Of a DNA stretch of 25,575 nucleotides, positions 23,714 to 25,575 are shown in pieces (position 1 is the stretch's first letter; every line of letters begins with the position of its first letter). The stretch is from a virus (taxonomy: Duplodnaviria; Caudoviricetes): IMG/VR virus record IMGVR_UViG_3300017913_001923, positions 1 to 25,575 of that record; one strand, written 5' to 3'. The position numbers and the translations under genes are program-made. Under the pieces are notes generated by a model that saw only the letters and a program-made list of their open reading frames with translations, ran no database searches and was not told the origin of the DNA.

Positions 23714-24499
23714 ATGAAAAGATTGATTTACCAAGTGTACGTCGGAAGGCGGTCAAAGTTATATGACCATTGTGTAGAGTCTGTAAAACAGTATTGCGCT
23801 GAACACGGTATTCACCATGAAGTTCAGCGCAGTCCTATCTTGCGGATCAAACCTGACGTTTTCTCAACAAACAGAAGTAAAGAGTCGTACGAAAAGCATG
23901 GAGGCTACCTTCCAATCTTTGAGAAGGAGAATGCCTTTGTATACTTCCACAAGTATGATCAGATTGCAATTGTAGATGCTGACATCTGGATTCGTCCAGG
24001 GGCGCCCAACATCTTTGATGAGTTGCAACCCGATACAGACTTCGCTGGTGTTGTAGAACGAGAGATGCCTATCACAGATCAGTATGCAGCTAAGATTAAA
24101 AACTATTCTCGGATGCAGTATGGATCAATTCGTCTTGACTGGAAGTGGGATAAGAGAACTGGTGGTGAGTTCTTTAACATGGGTATGATGTTGATGAACA
24201 AACGCATTGACAAATACCTCAAAGGACAGACACCTCATCAATTCCTCAACAGACCAGAGTTCAAAGGCTTTATTGATGGTATGGGTCCTTGGAAATGGTC
24301 GACAGATCAGACTCTTCTAAATACTTGGGTAAAGCAAGAAAAGATGAATGTTAAACACCTCGATTGGAAATGGAATGCTTTGTATAAAGGTGTACGTGAT
24401 GATGTTATTAAGCAAGCTCACTTTGTACACTTCTTCCTCAAGGATAAACTTCCTGGTCGTGGAGAAAATGTAAAAGAGCTTATGAAACATGTTTCTTAA
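23714..24499 (+). CDS. GT-A fold glycosyltransferase (GT8-like)
   Basis: IVDADIW (DxD), FNMGMML, DQTLLN, KWNAL and FVHF motifs. Confidence 0.8.
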   Translation: MKRLIYQVYVGRRSKLYDHCVESVKQYCAEHGIHHEVQRSPILRIKPDVFSTNRSKESYEKHGGYLPIFEKENAFVYFHKYDQIAIVDADIWIRPGAPNIFDELQPDTDFAGVVEREMPITDQYAAKIKNYSRMQYGSIRLDWKWDKRTGGEFFNMGMMLMNKRIDKYLKGQTPHQFLNRPEFKGFIDGMGPWKWSTDQTLLNTWVKQEKMNVKHLDWKWNALYKGVRDDVIKQAHFVHFFLKDKLPGRGENVKELMKHVS

Positions 24500-25175
24500 A
24501 AAAATCTTTATTCACATTCCTAAGAATGCTGGGATGACTATTCGTAGGTCTCCTTTGCTTCGAGATAAAATCATTACAGCTAATCAAAATGTGCACAAGA
24601 GTCCCGAATACTCTATGCGTGTGTACGATACAATGAAGAAGAATGGTGACCATCATGGGTTTGAGCATGCTCGTTGGAGAGATCTTAATACAGCAATCAC
24701 AAGTGCCCATGATGCATTTGCTATTGTTCGCAATCCTTGGGATCGGGTTGTGTCTAGGTATTTCTTTGCTAAAAAAGTAATTGAAGTTGAAAAGAAAGAA
24801 CCAGTTGGTAAACATCAAATTGATTCTTTTGAACACTTCTTAGAAGAGAGACATATCTGGGGTGGACAGAAGTATATGTGGCACAGAGCCATTCGTGGTT
24901 GGTATCCAGCGTTTGATTATGTGACGAATAAGCAAGGTAATGTAAAATGTGACATCCTTCGATTTGAACATATGAATGACGATCTTTGTTCTTATTTCAA
25001 AATTAAAGAGATGAGCAGACCTAGAAATGTCACTGGATTGAACGAGGATTACAAATCAATATATACTCCAGAGACAATTCAAATCGTCGCTGATTGGTAT
25101 AAGGCAGATATTGATTATTGGGGCTTTGATTTTGATACAAGTGCTCAAAAGAATTATTGGAGAATGACACAATGA
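24489..25175 (+). CDS. Sulfotransferase (Sulfotransfer_2-like)
   Basis: FIHIPKNAGMTI (5'-PAPS-binding), FAIVRNPWDRVVSRY (3'-phosphate-binding), ILRFE and YKADI..WGF. Confidence 0.85.
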   Translation: MFLKKIFIHIPKNAGMTIRRSPLLRDKIITANQNVHKSPEYSMRVYDTMKKNGDHHGFEHARWRDLNTAITSAHDAFAIVRNPWDRVVSRYFFAKKVIEVEKKEPVGKHQIDSFEHFLEERHIWGGQKYMWHRAIRGWYPAFDYVTNKQGNVKCDILRFEHMNDDLCSYFKIKEMSRPRNVTGLNEDYKSIYTPETIQIVADWYKADIDYWGFDFDTSAQKNYWRMTQ

Positions 25176-25575
25176 TGGGAAGTAGAATCAATAAAGATTC
25201 ACATAATATTATGAAGTTGATTGAGCCAGGAACAATTGGTGCTGAGATTGGTGTGTGGTGGGGAAACACTTCATACAACTTCTTTATGAAGAACCTCAAG
25301 CACTTGTACTTGGTTGACCCATGGAGTGTAGAACCATATAAAGGTACTACAGAGTTTGAATGGGATGAATATCTTGAACGATATTCAAAAGTCACTAAGT
25401 CTAATACTGAACAAGGATTCATGGAGTATTATGAGAAAGTCTATGAAGATGTGAAACGTAGATTTGAACCATATCCAAATGTATCAGTTTGTAGACAAAC
25501 ATCAGACGAATTCTTTGAGCAGTACACTGACGAAGCTCTTGATTGGATCTATCTTGATGGATCTCATGCCTATGA
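25172..25575 (+). CDS. Class I SAM-dependent methyltransferase (Methyltransf_24-like), 3'-truncated by the window edge
   Basis: ATGA coupling; MMGSRINKDSHNIMKLIEPGTIGAEIGVWWGNTS...YLVDPW...LDWIYLDGSHAY. Frame is open to the window end and is absent from the ORF track. Confidence 0.85.
   Translation, partial: MMGSRINKDSHNIMKLIEPGTIGAEIGVWWGNTSYNFFMKNLKHLYLVDPWSVEPYKGTTEFEWDEYLERYSKVTKSNTEQGFMEYYEKVYEDVKRRFEPYPNVSVCRQTSDEFFEQYTDEALDWIYLDGSHAY

Larger units (their letters stand above)
1..25575 (+). mobile_element. Segment of a T4-like (myovirus) bacteriophage genome, probably marine
   Basis: Single-strand dense gene packing; T4-type RNase H, PhoH, RNR and exonuclease; TATAAATA late promoters and GTTTAC-N17-TATAAT early-type promoters; no cellular housekeeping context. 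Confidence 0.93.

Noticed and set aside
1-25575. Genome-wide TGA reassignment (alternative genetic code)
   Set aside because: TGA ends genes at exact coupling junctions (377-379, 2058-2060, 7567-7569, 11997-11999, 25173-25175), Trp is encoded by TGG, and only one interrupted gene was found.

Overview
This window is part of a large T4-like (myovirus) dsDNA phage genome, probably marine. All credible genes are on the + strand and tightly packed, with many TAATG/TGATG/ATGA stop-start overlaps. The left half (1-12.6 kb) carries T4-type late promoters (TATAAATA). It opens with a cluster of proteins whose N-termini resemble the T4 internal-protein capsid-targeting sequence, including an RNA-ligase-like KxDG nucleotidyltransferase interrupted by one in-frame TGA and an HxGH cytidylyltransferase-like enzyme. 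An operon of secreted and membrane proteins follows (one with seven Cys-pair repeats), then conserved T4-like hypotheticals and a holin-like gene. The right half carries sigma70-type promoters, several inside hairpins, and encodes DNA and nucleotide metabolism: class II (B12) ribonucleotide reductase, GIY-YIG nuclease, RNase H, DenV-like protein, PhoH, exonuclease, QueD and a HAD nucleotidase. It also holds a host-like BMP periplasmic binding protein plus IPNS-type 2OG-Fe(II) oxygenase pair, and the start of a glycosyltransferase/sulfotransferase/methyltransferase cluster. No tRNA, rRNA, CRISPR array or IS element was seen. Family names are from motif recognition and memory, not from database searches.
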